A DNA stretch of 64,000 nucleotides from the IMG/VR virus record IMGVR_UViG_3300034110_001068, positions 7,014 through 71,013 of that record. One strand, 5' to 3'. Below the pieces are notes generated by a model. That model worked only from the letters and a program-made list of their open reading frames with translations. It did no database searches and was not told the origin of the DNA. A program made the translations under genes and the position numbers. The DNA comes from a virus. The first letter of the stretch is position 1, and the number at the start of each line of letters is the position of its first letter. Positions 27,704-37,973 of this stretch are shown one piece after another.

Positions 27704-29776
27704 TTATGGCCTCATCACACCCACGGTGCGGGTGCCTACGTTGGGCTTGATGTTCAGCCCCGGCTGATTGGTTTGTGGCTTGTCGACTTGAAGGCCCGGC
27801 GGCGGATTCTCGAAACGCATCACCAGCTCGCCCTGCAGCTTTGGCTGACTGGCGGCCATGGCGTTCTGAACGAGCGAGTCCCCTTGCGGCGACCAGCGCT
27901 CACCCTCCGGCCGCGGCCGCAGTAATGTGCCGTCGCCGTTGCCAGCCCGCGCGGGAGCCACCTGCATGGTCAGGTTGTTGACGGCATCGGTGGCGTTGTT
28001 CACCGCCCCGTCCATGCCCGCCTCGCCCACCATGCCGAATGCGCCCATGATCGATTTCACCCACCCGCTGATCTTGTCCCAGGCATCCTTGAACCACTTC
28101 AGCGCCGGCTCCCAGTTTGCAATCAGGGCGCCGGCGGCCATGGCGATCAGGCTGGCAATCAGGATGAAGGGGTTGGCTTTCGCCACCAGGTTGAATATCC
28201 GGGTCGCTACCGTTGCCGCCAGCACCGCCCCCCGCACCACGACGAGCGTCGCGCTGAAGATTTTCCCGGCGACAGTTGCTGCCAGCATGGCAACGCGCAT
28301 CGCAAGGAACCCGGCAGCCGCGCCCATCAGACTCTTGGCCAGAACCGGGCTGGTCTGGGTGAACTTGTCCCACGCCAATTGTGCGCGCTGGGCGACTGCC
28401 TTGATCAGGTTCCAGAGTGCCGAGAAGAACGGCGCCACCTTCTGCCAGTTCGCGATGAGCAGGCCAGCCGCCAGCGCGAGCCCGCGGATGATCAAGCCGA
28501 CGGGAGATATTTTCGTCGCCGTATCGAACAGCTTCATCGCAACGATTGCGCCCATCACACCCAATTTCAAAACACCAAAGGCCAATCCTGCACCCAAGAT
28601 CCCTTTCACCAACCCAGGGTTCGCCGCAGCGAACTCAGATATCTGGCTGACGATCGGTCCCATCAGCGTCATGATTTCATTGAGAGGTGGCAGAAGTGCA
28701 TTGCCGATCTCAATGCCCAGACGCGTCACGCGGTTGCGCATCAACTGCATGGCATTCGCCGTGGTCGCCGACCGGGCCTCGTATTCCTTGCTCATCGAGC
28801 CGGCGAATTTGGTGCTTGCCGAAACGTCGCCGAAACTCTTTTTCAGCAAATCAAGATTCGTCAGAAGCGGAGCAATTGCCGTAACCGATTCAGATCCGAA
28901 CAGTTGCGTCAGCAGTCCGGCCTGTTTCTCAGGGGCAACTTTTGCGACGCGCTGGAGGACATCAATCATCGTTCCTTCGGCATCTTTCTGCATGCCTTCG
29001 GAAACCTTCTGCACGTCCAGGCGCAGCGACTTGAACGCCTGAGTTTGCTCCTTAGTAGCCGCTTTGCCTTTGGTCAGCGCCAGCATGAAGTTCTTCAGGC
29101 CGGTGGCGGCCACCTCACTCGGTACGCCCACACCGGCAAGCGTTGCGCCCATCGCGGCGATTTGCCCAGACGCCAAGCCAGCGATTTTACCAAGAGGGCC
29201 AATGCGGGTGACGATATCGGCAATCTGCGCCGCAGAGGATGGGCCGGTGTTGCTCAGGTAGTTAATCTGGTCAGCCAGTTTTACAACCTCTGGCTGAGTG
29301 AGTTTGAAAGACGTTCGCCACTTGGCCATCATCTCGCCGGACTGCTCAGCGGTCTGGTCAAAAGCGATACCCATCTTCACGGCGTCTTCAGCAAACTGGC
29401 GCAACTCGCCAGCGGCGAAACCAGCCTGCCCACCGGCGGCGACGATCGCAGCGATGCCGCTGGCCGCCATTGGCATCTTCTCGGACAGATCGAGCACGTC
29501 CTTGCCCATCGCCTTGAACTGCTCCGGCGTGGCGAAATCGACCACCTTCTTCACATCGGCCATGGACGACTCGAATTCGATCGCTGCCTTGGTTCCCGCC
29601 ACGAACGGGGCAGCGAATGCCCCACCCTGCAACACATCTTGGAAACTGATCTTGCCGAGGCCCGAGCTTTCCATTTGCTTGCGAAAGCCTGCGACCTTTT
29701 TCCGGATGCCGCCCAGCATCGGCGACAGCTTGTCGACGCCGGTGATCAACGCCTTGAGCTGGAATTTATCCGCCAT
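27704..29776 (-). CDS. tape measure protein
   Basis: AIEFESSMADVKKV core, Ala/Gly-rich, synteny. Confidence 0.92.
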   Translation of the reverse strand: MADKFQLKALITGVDKLSPMLGGIRKKVAGFRKQMESSGLGKISFQDVLQGGAFAAPFVAGTKAAIEFESSMADVKKVVDFATPEQFKAMGKDVLDLSEKMPMAASGIAAIVAAGGQAGFAAGELRQFAEDAVKMGIAFDQTAEQSGEMMAKWRTSFKLTQPEVVKLADQINYLSNTGPSSAAQIADIVTRIGPLGKIAGLASGQIAAMGATLAGVGVPSEVAATGLKNFMLALTKGKAATKEQTQAFKSLRLDVQKVSEGMQKDAEGTMIDVLQRVAKVAPEKQAGLLTQLFGSESVTAIAPLLTNLDLLKKSFGDVSASTKFAGSMSKEYEARSATTANAMQLMRNRVTRLGIEIGNALLPPLNEIMTLMGPIVSQISEFAAANPGLVKGILGAGLAFGVLKLGVMGAIVAMKLFDTATKISPVGLIIRGLALAAGLLIANWQKVAPFFSALWNLIKAVAQRAQLAWDKFTQTSPVLAKSLMGAAAGFLAMRVAMLAATVAGKIFSATLVVVRGAVLAATVATRIFNLVAKANPFILIASLIAMAAGALIANWEPALKWFKDAWDKISGWVKSIMGAFGMVGEAGMDGAVNNATDAVNNLTMQVAPARAGNGDGTLLRPRPEGERWSPQGDSLVQNAMAASQPKLQGELVMRFENPPPGLQVDKPQTNQPGLNIKPNVGTRTVGVMRP

Positions 29777-29947
29777 CACTGCACCTGCTGGAGATTATTG
29801 ATCCGTTGCGCGTGCTCCATGGATTCGCGGAGCACGTCGAGCGGGCGAGCCAACATCAGTTCCGGATCCGTTTTCCAGAACCACGCCAGGTCATAAGCAA
29901 CGGCGATCAGGTCGTGGATGGAGTCGACGCCGCACTCATGAAAAAAC
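29776..29947 (-). CDS. -1 frameshift extension of prophage tail chaperone
   Basis: T TTT TTC at 29940-29946; -1 frame FFHECGVDSIHDLIAVAYDLAWFWKTDPELMLARPLDVLRESMEHAQRINNLQQVQ*. Confidence 0.8.
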
Positions 29948-30200
29948 TGGCCACCGCCCAGCTCAGCGAGTTCAAATCAGCCAGATCCAGCTGGTTGACC
30001 GACGACGGCGGAATGCCGGCGCAGACGGCGATGTATTTCGCGGCCACGTCCATGTCCAGGCTGACTTCTTCGTTTTTGTCGATCTTGTACGGCAGCGCCT
30101 TGATGGCCCGCACTTCCTGCACCGTCGGACGGCGCATGGTCAGCTCGGTCAGCGGCTCCCCGTGAGCCTCGATTGCAACCTGTAATTTTACTGCGCTCAT
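29907..30200 (-). CDS. tail assembly chaperone (Mu gp41-like)
   Basis: Nearly identical to 2673-2969. Confidence 0.9.
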   Translation of the reverse strand: MSAVKLQVAIEAHGEPLTELTMRRPTVQEVRAIKALPYKIDKNEEVSLDMDVAAKYIAVCAGIPPSSVNQLDLADLNSLSWAVASFFMSAASTPSTT

Positions 30201-30544
30201 TGCCAGCTCCCTTTCACGCCGTCGAATTGCAGTTCAGTGGTACCGTCTTCGCCTTTATAAGAAGGCTCGTCGACGAGGTAACCGCCGGAAAGCACGTAGA
30301 CCTTTCCGTTTGCGAATTCACAGGTCACCGTCATATCCCGGCCATTCACGAGTTTTTTCAAGGGGAACCCCTGCGGAACGAGAGACGTCACCTTCAAATA
30401 AGGTGGCAGCTCTTCCTCCTTGTAGAACCCCGGCCAAACGGTCTCGCGCTTGACCTCCATCAATGGCGCCTCCGCGCCCCCGGTGATGGTCAGCTGTTCA
30501 CCGTCAACTTTGACGTAAACGGTGCCGGCTACTTTTTCGCCCAT
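30197..30544 (-). CDS. tail tube protein
   Basis: Homolog of 2966-3313. Confidence 0.9.
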   Translation of the reverse strand: MGEKVAGTVYVKVDGEQLTITGGAEAPLMEVKRETVWPGFYKEEELPPYLKVTSLVPQGFPLKKLVNGRDMTVTCEFANGKVYVLSGGYLVDEPSYKGEDGTTELQFDGVKGSWQ

Positions 30545-30603
30545 GGTCTTTGTCTCCAGAATGAAAAAGCCCGCACAGGGCGGGCTGGGTGTTCAGTTGA
30601 GCG

Positions 30604-32100
30604 TTACGCCGCTTCGTCGTACTGGAGGCGGAACTGATTGAGCAGCGCGAAGATGCGCAGGCCGTTGATGTAGTCAGGCGGGAACAGCACGTTGACCCGG
30701 CTCGGATCGTTGATATCGCGCTCAACTACCAGATGCTCGGCGAACAGATCAGCGTTTTCCACATGACCTTCCAGCTCGAGCTTGGCGTACTGGGCAATGA
30801 GTTCGCCGCGGATGGTCGCCGGGGTGACGATCGGTTGGCCGGCGCCGAAGCGGGTGCCGTCGCTCGCCAGCTTGTGCCGACCGTACTTGCTGGTAATCAC
30901 ACTCTGCATGCGCCGGACGATGAACGCCGACTGGTGCATGGTCTCGCTGTCCAAGTACGAATTGTCGGCCTGTCCGTACGCGTTTTTCTGATAGGTGGTG
31001 ATCGAGCGCTGGATGCGCACGTAACCGCCTTCGTAGTACGCAGTGGCAATGCCGTAGTTCAGCAGCGACTGGCGCTCGGTCAGCGTGAAGCGGTCACTGG
31101 CTGGAGCCGGATCGACACCTGGCATGCTGCCGCTTTGCGTTGGACGGCTAGCATCGGCAGAGATGAACACCGCCGTGCGGGCCGCGAGCGATGCCGCCAC
31201 CACCCATACCGGTTGAGGCACGCCGGGTTCGACGCCCTGAATGGTCATGTGTTGATCGTTGCGCACCTGCCCGGCGGCCACCAGCGTGCCGATGGTGCCG
31301 CGCTTGGCGGTGTACACATGGCCGAACAACTGTTTCGCCCAGCTCCAGCGGCCAGTGTTGTCGTCCATCGCATCCTTCCAGGCGTTCAGCGTGGTCGTGT
31401 CCGACCAAGGCTGGCACAGGAATTCGAAGGGCTCATCACCCAGCGCGGCGATCGCATCGACAACATCCGGCGCGCCGGCGCCCGCGGTCATCGCAGTGGT
31501 GACCACGGTCAGGCCTGCCGGCGTGGATTCGCCGTTGGACTTGCCGAGGCGGTTCATCTGAATGCTGATGTCGTTTCCGCTTTCGCCTGTCCACTTGCAG
31601 GTCAGCGTCACCACGCCGACAGCCGCCGTAGCGGTGACGGGCAGATCCGGCGTCGCGTTGATCTTCACGGCCAAGGCAGCGGCAGCAATCGTAGGGGTTG
31701 CCGCCGATGCAACCACCGACTGGACGCGCACGCCGCCGATGTACAGGTTCAGCAGCCCGGCCTCGGTAGCAGCACCGGTGATGGTGATGGTTGCCGAAGC
31801 GGATTCGCCGGTTTCATTCTGCAGCGGCAGACACCAGACCTCGCCAATCGGATCGACTTTGCGCCAGGTCTCGTACATCGCGGCGAGCATCGAGCCTTGG
31901 CCGGCAATGCTCTTGGCGATCGCGAGGCTGGAGACCAGTACCAGCTTGCCGATGTTTTCGCTCTCGGCGTCGTCATTGACCTGCGCAACGATGAGACGGC
32001 GCATCGCGCTCGAAGCGCTGTTTGCCGCCGAGCTATCCATCTCCGCATAGAACAGCGGCACTCGGATATCGGCGGGAATGTTGCTGAATCCGATGGCCAT
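30604..32100 (-). CDS. contractile tail sheath
   Basis: 498 aa, colinear with 3381-4877. Confidence 0.95.
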   Translation of the reverse strand: MAIGFSNIPADIRVPLFYAEMDSSAANSASSAMRRLIVAQVNDDAESENIGKLVLVSSLAIAKSIAGQGSMLAAMYETWRKVDPIGEVWCLPLQNETGESASATITITGAATEAGLLNLYIGGVRVQSVVASAATPTIAAAALAVKINATPDLPVTATAAVGVVTLTCKWTGESGNDISIQMNRLGKSNGESTPAGLTVVTTAMTAGAGAPDVVDAIAALGDEPFEFLCQPWSDTTTLNAWKDAMDDNTGRWSWAKQLFGHVYTAKRGTIGTLVAAGQVRNDQHMTIQGVEPGVPQPVWVVAASLAARTAVFISADASRPTQSGSMPGVDPAPASDRFTLTERQSLLNYGIATAYYEGGYVRIQRSITTYQKNAYGQADNSYLDSETMHQSAFIVRRMQSVITSKYGRHKLASDGTRFGAGQPIVTPATIRGELIAQYAKLELEGHVENADLFAEHLVVERDINDPSRVNVLFPPDYINGLRIFALLNQFRLQYDEAA

Positions 32101-32306
32101 TATTTGCCTTCCTCGATCAGCGCCGTTTTGCCGGCTTTGGTGGATGGGGTTTCGACATTTTTGGTTCTGACATCTCCGTCAGCGAGGCGGCGACGCCACC
32201 AGGCGTTGTCGGGGACTTCCCGACCTTCAACGGGCAACAGGTCGCCAGCCTCCGGATCGGGCACAGAGCGGCCAGCGGCCGGCACCACAGTGATGCGCTT
32301 GGTCAT
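32100..32306 (-). CDS. DUF2635 / Mu gp38-like protein
   Basis: WWRRRLADGD. Confidence 0.85.
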   Translation of the reverse strand: MTKRITVVPAAGRSVPDPEAGDLLPVEGREVPDNAWWRRRLADGDVRTKNVETPSTKAGKTALIEEGK

Positions 32307-32893
32307 GGTGTTACGTCTCCAGTGAATGCAACTTCAATGCGCCCGTCAGGGCCAGGTCGTTTCAGGTTCGGATCTGCTGGGTCGATGCAGTCCATGTTGA
32401 TGGTCGCGCCGGTGAACACCGGCAAGCCGTCGAGCTCCCACTCCTGCCATGTCTCTGGCGGCTGGTCGGGGCGATTTCGGCCGAGCTGGAATTCGGAGAA
32501 GAAGGTGAACTGGTAAACCACCCGCGCCCGACTGATATGCAGCAGGGCGCCCTTCCCGTATTCGATTCGTGTGTACTCAGGCCCTGGCTTCCAGCCAACA
32601 AGAGCGCGCCAGAGTTCAGCGCGGATGTCGTGCAACAGATCGTTGTCCGCCTGGCCACGCTCATCCGATGTCTTCAACACGATCACTACATTGAACTGGT
32701 CGGTGATATCCTGAATGACCATGTTCTGGGCCCTGCTCGGGCTGGCAGCGTCGGCCGTGGCGATCACATAAGCGGCCGGCAGTTCAAGCTGGGCGCTGTC
32801 GACGACTGAGTCCCAGTCGATGCCGCCCGCAATTCGACCGGCAAAGGTCGGGCACGTCAGCCGCAGATGGGCAACGATAGGATTCAGTTTCAT
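32303..32893 (-). CDS. tail terminator/completion protein (Mu gp37-like)
   Basis: Start MKLNPIV at 32893 by homology to 5056-5640. Confidence 0.8.
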   Translation of the reverse strand: MKLNPIVAHLRLTCPTFAGRIAGGIDWDSVVDSAQLELPAAYVIATADAASPSRAQNMVIQDITDQFNVVIVLKTSDERGQADNDLLHDIRAELWRALVGWKPGPEYTRIEYGKGALLHISRARVVYQFTFFSEFQLGRNRPDQPPETWQEWELDGLPVFTGATINMDCIDPADPNLKRPGPDGRIEVAFTGDVTP

Positions 32894-32913
32894 GCGGGTG
32901 TCCGGTGCAGCGA

Positions 32914-33435
32914 TCAGCCCAGCGCGTTTGCGAATGCGGTAGAGAGGATCGATTGAACTTGCGAAGCCGAGTCCTGCAGAGCGTCGGCCATGTAGTTGTC
33001 GCGTGGCTTGATGCGCCATTCGCCGGCAGCACGCTCAGCTACCGCGGCGGCACGGGCACCAGCAGCCCGCCGGTTTGATTTACCTCGGCCCTGGCCGGGT
33101 GCGAGCTTTCCGAGCTTGCGGCCCTTCTTCACACCGTAGTGCAGATAAACCGGGTAGAAATCTTCCATGGCGGAAGTCTTGGTCGGCGAGACGCGAACCA
33201 GAAAACCAGACTTCGACACCTTGAAAATCACCGACTCAACCGTGCGCCCGGTCCGGCTGGTGGGGTAACCGTCTTGCCCGCCCCCCAAAACAAGGTTCAT
33301 TTGGGCCCGCTGCGCTACCAACAAGCCGGCCTTGCGCATGCCGGCGCGGATCTTCCGCTTATCGAAAGCGTCGCGCTGGAAATTGTCGAAGCCTTCGAAG
33401 TGAAGATAGCCTTCAACCGATGCTGAGTTAGCCAT
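32914..33435 (-). CDS. HK97 gp10-like neck/tail completion protein
   Basis: SRTG, YLHYG, KPRDNYM motifs; synteny. Confidence 0.7.
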   Translation of the reverse strand: MANSASVEGYLHFEGFDNFQRDAFDKRKIRAGMRKAGLLVAQRAQMNLVLGGGQDGYPTSRTGRTVESVIFKVSKSGFLVRVSPTKTSAMEDFYPVYLHYGVKKGRKLGKLAPGQGRGKSNRRAAGARAAAVAERAAGEWRIKPRDNYMADALQDSASQVQSILSTAFANALG

Positions 33436-33790
33436 AAATACCTCCACCTGAGTGGATCAGGCCGAGCTCTTCGACTTCCAGCACAACGAATCGGCCACGG
33501 CCGTTCATGTCGAAGCCGCGTTTCACCCGATACAGAGTTTGCTGATGGACTACTTCGTAGGCCGTCGTGATGCCAGTGCGAAAGCGGAGGAATATCCGGT
33601 GGGTGATCTTGTTGTCGGTCTGTGCGCTGTCTGTGTAGACGGCCGAACCGACAGGCTCAATTTTTGCCCATCGCGGATTGAGCTCCGAGAACAGGGACTC
33701 CAAGCCCATGTCAGCAGAGGGGGCATCACCTCGGCGGCGCAGCGTGACGTGCTTGTTGAGCTCGCCAGCGCCAGGTTCGCGATATGCCAT
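33428..33790 (-). CDS. head closure / head-tail adaptor
   Basis: AGELNKHVTL, WAKIEP, THRIFLR. Confidence 0.85.
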   Translation of the reverse strand: MAYREPGAGELNKHVTLRRRGDAPSADMGLESLFSELNPRWAKIEPVGSAVYTDSAQTDNKITHRIFLRFRTGITTAYEVVHQQTLYRVKRGFDMNGRGRFVVLEVEELGLIHSGGGIYG

Positions 33791-34276
33791 TCAAACCCCC
33801 AGACCTACCCGGTACGGGAAAAGCAGCGAACGCGATCCATGCGGCAATTCAATAACCGACGAGGTGTTGATACCAGTCACGGTATCTTCCCGGTTCGCCC
33901 ACAAATGACCTAGCGTCAGAAGGCAGGCAGCAGTAATTGACTTATTGAGAACAATCCCTCGAGAAATCATTGCCACGTTGCGCAACGACTCCTTATAACG
34001 GCACTGCGCGTCGCGCTCGGCCATCAGGCGATCGTCAAAATTATCGATCAACGAAGCCTCCGAGAGTGCCGAGTCGAGAACAACCCGACATTCCGATCTC
34101 AGGGTGATGACAGTTGTCAGAGCCGCCCACAGTGCCGTCCCATCAACATAGAGCTTGCGATTCAAATACTGCTCGGCCGCATCCTCAGCAGCGTCCAGTT
34201 TTGACTGGACATCATCCACACCCTCGGACTCCGCACGCAAATGCTTCATCGCCAGTTCGATGTCGATCACGCTCAT
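33791..34276 (-). CDS. head-tail connector (HK97 gp6-like)
   Basis: AMKHLR, AAEQYLNR, GHLWANRE, LLFPYR. Confidence 0.88.
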   Translation of the reverse strand: MSVIDIELAMKHLRAESEGVDDVQSKLDAAEDAAEQYLNRKLYVDGTALWAALTTVITLRSECRVVLDSALSEASLIDNFDDRLMAERDAQCRYKESLRNVAMISRGIVLNKSITAACLLTLGHLWANREDTVTGINTSSVIELPHGSRSLLFPYRVGLGV

Positions 34277-34278
34277 GC

Positions 34279-34536
34279 TCAGTCAGCCTTTTTCTTTTCG
34301 GTGGCCTTTGCCTTGGTACCAGGCTTAGAAGCGGCAACCGCAGTGGTGGTGGTCATGGGTGTTGGTTCGTCTTCAGAGTCGGTTAAATCCACCACCGCTT
34401 CATCCTTGCCGTCGTCCAGTTCGGCATAGCCTTTCTGAATTAGCTGTCGCCCGTGCTGTTCCGCGGTCAAAAACGAGGTGCCTTCCACCAGCGTTTTACC
34501 GCCGAGGTACAGCGGTTTTAGGGTTTTCATTTTCAT
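34279..34536 (-). CDS. hypothetical protein after capsid
   Basis: SD GGAGG, in-operon position. Confidence 0.7.
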   Translation of the reverse strand: MKMKTLKPLYLGGKTLVEGTSFLTAEQHGRQLIQKGYAELDDGKDEAVVDLTDSEDEPTPMTTTTAVAASKPGTKAKATEKKKAD

Positions 34537-34577
34537 GTCGGCCTCCCAAGGGCCGCCGCTCGGGCGGCCCTGCTACA

Positions 34578-35786
34578 TCAAGGGGTTGGAGTGGCGAAGG
34601 TGCCGTAGATGAACGCTTCCGGACGCTTGACAGCCAAAGCAAGGCGCTCTTCGCAACGAATCGAGATCATGTTCTTCTCGAAGTCATCAGCGTTCTCAGT
34701 GGAGATCACCACGTTGGCATCTTCGCGATCGAAGATCTGAGCGCCGGTTTGGAAGGCGCCGGTCAGGAACTTGCCGAGGAATGCTGCCAGTTCAGTTGCA
34801 ACAACTGGCAAGCCCCAGAGCGTAGGGCCAGCGAGACTCAGCGGGTTGCCGATGATGTAACGACCCAGGGTGTCCTTGGTCAGTTCGATCTTCGCCCAGT
34901 CGGTAAAGTGCAGCACATGGCCGCTCGCCGGCAGACGCGCGAGTTGCGACTGAAGCATCGCCAGCCGCAATTGATCGATGTGGGTCATCGCGTCGGGCTC
35001 GAAAGCGGCCGAGTACGCCTCGGCCTGCGGAACGATACCGTGCAGATGCACACCGGTACCGTCACCGAACAGAATTTCAGACTCTTCGGCGTATTTCAGG
35101 CCGTAGCGCATTTCAGCATCAATGGTCGACTGCAGCTGGGCGAAGTCGTCCAAAATCTGCTTCGACGCCTTGAACATATGCGCGATGGTGGTCACGGGCG
35201 TGATCTTGGTGTCGAACACGATGTCGCTGTAGGGCTTCGCGGTGTTCTCCGCCACAACGCGAGCGGCGTTGGTGAAACCAGTCTGTTGCACCCAGAAGAT
35301 CGCTGGGGAAGTGGTACGGCCCGGAGCGATCAGATCCCGGATGAACAGGCGCTGTTTAGGCATCACGTCGATGCCTGGCAAGCGCTGAGGCTCGACCACG
35401 CCTTCGGGAACGCCGGTGCTCAGCAGCGCTGCATTAACCGGAACGCTGACGCGGCGATTGCCTTGAATGCTCTTGGCAAACTCGGCGAGCGCTTCGCTTT
35501 TGATGACGGTGCCACCCAGGGTTTCCCGCTGAGCGGCAGATACCTGGGCTGGAATTCTGGCGAACTCCTGCTCCAGTTCGCCGAGCTGGGCCTTGAGCTG
35601 CTTCTCAGCCTCTGTGAGGGTGTTGAACTTCAGGGCCATCTCATCGACGGCAGCTTTGGTTTCTGCTGACAAGGCGCCGGCCTTTTTGGCCTCGCCCAAG
35701 GCGGATTCGGCCTTGGCGCTGAATTCGCTGGAAGCCTTTTCCAGTTCGGCACTCATTTTCGCAAGCAGTTGGGCTTGTTCGGACAT
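34578..35786 (-). CDS. HK97-family major capsid protein
   Basis: Coiled-coil delta domain, LWGLPVV, EERLALAVKRPEAF. Confidence 0.95.
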   Translation of the reverse strand: MSEQAQLLAKMSAELEKASSEFSAKAESALGEAKKAGALSAETKAAVDEMALKFNTLTEAEKQLKAQLGELEQEFARIPAQVSAAQRETLGGTVIKSEALAEFAKSIQGNRRVSVPVNAALLSTGVPEGVVEPQRLPGIDVMPKQRLFIRDLIAPGRTTSPAIFWVQQTGFTNAARVVAENTAKPYSDIVFDTKITPVTTIAHMFKASKQILDDFAQLQSTIDAEMRYGLKYAEESEILFGDGTGVHLHGIVPQAEAYSAAFEPDAMTHIDQLRLAMLQSQLARLPASGHVLHFTDWAKIELTKDTLGRYIIGNPLSLAGPTLWGLPVVATELAAFLGKFLTGAFQTGAQIFDREDANVVISTENADDFEKNMISIRCEERLALAVKRPEAFIYGTFATPTP

Positions 35787-35798
35787 GTTGAATTTCCT

Positions 35799-36671
35799 TT
35801 ATTTGGTGGCGGCTGCCGAGAAGCGAGCGAGCGCTCGTTCCAGATCGGCTATCGGTTCGGCCAGATTGGCCAGCGTGTCGGCAGCGTCTTGCGTACCGGG
35901 TCCAGCAGCGCAGGGCGTACCGGACTTGATTTCTTGGATGAGTGATCTGCGCTCACTTCGAGGCATGCCCTGCTTCGCGAGAATCAGATCCAGCTTGCGA
36001 GCAGCGACTAGACCAGCCTGCGCCTTGCCGCTTTCCTTGATGGCATCGCTGTCGAGCAGAGAGTCGGCGAAACCTTGTTCAACAGCGGCTGATCCGCCAA
36101 TCCAAGTTTCCGCGTCCATAAGTTTCTGCATCGCCTTGAGCTCGCTACCGGTCCGAGCTGCATAGATGTCACCCATCGCCGCATCGAACGGCTCCATCAT
36201 GTCGGCGATTTCGCGAAAGTGATGTCGATTGCCTGCGGCGATCGTCCAACCGTTGTGGATCATCAGAAAGCCCGACCGCGCGACCTGAAGATCGTCGGCG
36301 GCCATGGCAATAATGGAAGCCGCCGAAGCCGCAAGGCCCAACACCTTTACCGTCACATGACCTTTGTATTCACGAAGAATGTTGTAAATCGCCAGACCTT
36401 CGAACATGTCCCCACCAGGAGAATTCATGTTCACTGTCACGTCCTCGCCGTTCATGCTTCGCAGAGCGGCCGAGACACGTTTGGCTGTAACGCCCTCTCC
36501 AGACCACGGATCGAAGCCGATGGCGTCAAGCATGGAAATGGTGTTCTTGAGATCGCTTTCAGCAGCCTGGATCGTGGAGTTCCAACGCTCCATTGCTTGG
36601 GGCATCAGATCGAAGGAAACACCCGCGCACGGGCGACCCGCCGGCGCTGCCGGAAGGCTACGAATTGTCAT
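35799..36671 (-). CDS. ClpP-like prohead protease
   Basis: NSPGGD, LAASAAS, MIHN, AETW. Confidence 0.92.
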   Translation of the reverse strand: MTIRSLPAAPAGRPCAGVSFDLMPQAMERWNSTIQAAESDLKNTISMLDAIGFDPWSGEGVTAKRVSAALRSMNGEDVTVNMNSPGGDMFEGLAIYNILREYKGHVTVKVLGLAASAASIIAMAADDLQVARSGFLMIHNGWTIAAGNRHHFREIADMMEPFDAAMGDIYAARTGSELKAMQKLMDAETWIGGSAAVEQGFADSLLDSDAIKESGKAQAGLVAARKLDLILAKQGMPRSERRSLIQEIKSGTPCAAGPGTQDAADTLANLAEPIADLERALARFSAAATK

Positions 36672-36674
36672 GGG

Positions 36675-37973
36675 TCAGTCTCCAGAACTGCCGGGGGATC
36701 GGCTCATATCATTTGGTGCAAGCCAGTCGGCAAGTGCCGCCCTCACCCGCTCGCCACTATCTGCGCCTTGGCCAAGCTGTTCTATGGGGAGCAGGTTTGA
36801 CTGGACGGTGTATACATCGCCACCAGGTATTGGCGGCAGATTTTCCAGACGTCGCACCTCGTTGCGGCTCATCCAGCCATTTTGTAGGCAGATGTTGTAG
36901 TAGGTCGCCCGTCCCTGGCTGTCGGCGCGAAGCAGACCTTCAACTGCGAATTCTGCGAAATATCGATCATCTCGATCCAGCAAACAGCGGCCGATTTCCT
37001 GCTCGATGTTCTCCAGAAGCGGCCTAAGGCAGTTGGTTAGAAACTGCAGGTTCTGCCCTTCTGCGCTGGACGCCCAACTGCTTTGTTTGTCCATGTGCCC
37101 AACCATGAAAGGGGGCACGCGAAACCAGCGGCAGACCTCTTCGATCCCGTAAGAGCGAGATTCAAGCATCTGGGCCGCCTCAGGATTCATGGTGATGCCT
37201 TGGTATTTCAGTCCAGCCTCGGCAACCATGATTTTGCCGGCGTTCTTGGAGCCCATGAAAGCCTGGAGACTCGCCCTAAGCTGCTCACGCTGCTCCGGCT
37301 TGAGAGTTTCATCGCTGCTCAGTATTCCAGAAGCTTGCATGCCCTGAGCGAACACTTTTGCTGCGGCTTCTTCCGCCGAGATAGCCGCACCCAGAATTTC
37401 TTTGCCGGTCGATACCGGCAACATTCCGCAAACCCCATCGAGACCAAATCCACGAATATGCATCAGGTCATCCTCAACGATCACGCGAGGCTTACCATTC
37501 AACGTGTATTTGTATTCGAGACGGCCACTGTCCAAGCGCTTGACGGTCATAAGCTGTGGGAGCAGCGGGTCCAGCGCCACCACTCTGCTACCGATGCGCC
37601 TTTTCTCGACAAAGGCATTGCCCCGTAAGCAGATGCTGGCGACGATCATCAGCATGAACCGACCCGGGGTCATCTCTGCGTTTGGGCGTTTCGTCAGGAT
37701 GTCGTAGAGCGGGTGACTCGTAGCGGCGACACGGCCGCCATTCGGGTCGCGCTCATATAACTTCAAGGGCAACGTCGAAACGGTCTCTGACAGCAATCGA
37801 ACACAGGACCAAACCGCTGAAAGCTGCAAAGCTTTATCGACGGTGACTACTTGTCCACTGGCCGATGTTCCGAACCACTCTTGCCAGAACGCCTTGTCGT
37901 TCAACCCTACGGGCACGCCAAGCCAGCTTTGCAGGGCCGACCTGACCCGGCCAGGCTTCTTTTCGCGCGCCAT
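36675..37973 (-). CDS. HK97-family portal protein
   Basis: RGNAF, HIRGFGLDG, FRVPP, NEVRRLENLPP. Confidence 0.95.
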   Translation of the reverse strand: MAREKKPGRVRSALQSWLGVPVGLNDKAFWQEWFGTSASGQVVTVDKALQLSAVWSCVRLLSETVSTLPLKLYERDPNGGRVAATSHPLYDILTKRPNAEMTPGRFMLMIVASICLRGNAFVEKRRIGSRVVALDPLLPQLMTVKRLDSGRLEYKYTLNGKPRVIVEDDLMHIRGFGLDGVCGMLPVSTGKEILGAAISAEEAAAKVFAQGMQASGILSSDETLKPEQREQLRASLQAFMGSKNAGKIMVAEAGLKYQGITMNPEAAQMLESRSYGIEEVCRWFRVPPFMVGHMDKQSSWASSAEGQNLQFLTNCLRPLLENIEQEIGRCLLDRDDRYFAEFAVEGLLRADSQGRATYYNICLQNGWMSRNEVRRLENLPPIPGGDVYTVQSNLLPIEQLGQGADSGERVRAALADWLAPNDMSRSPGSSGD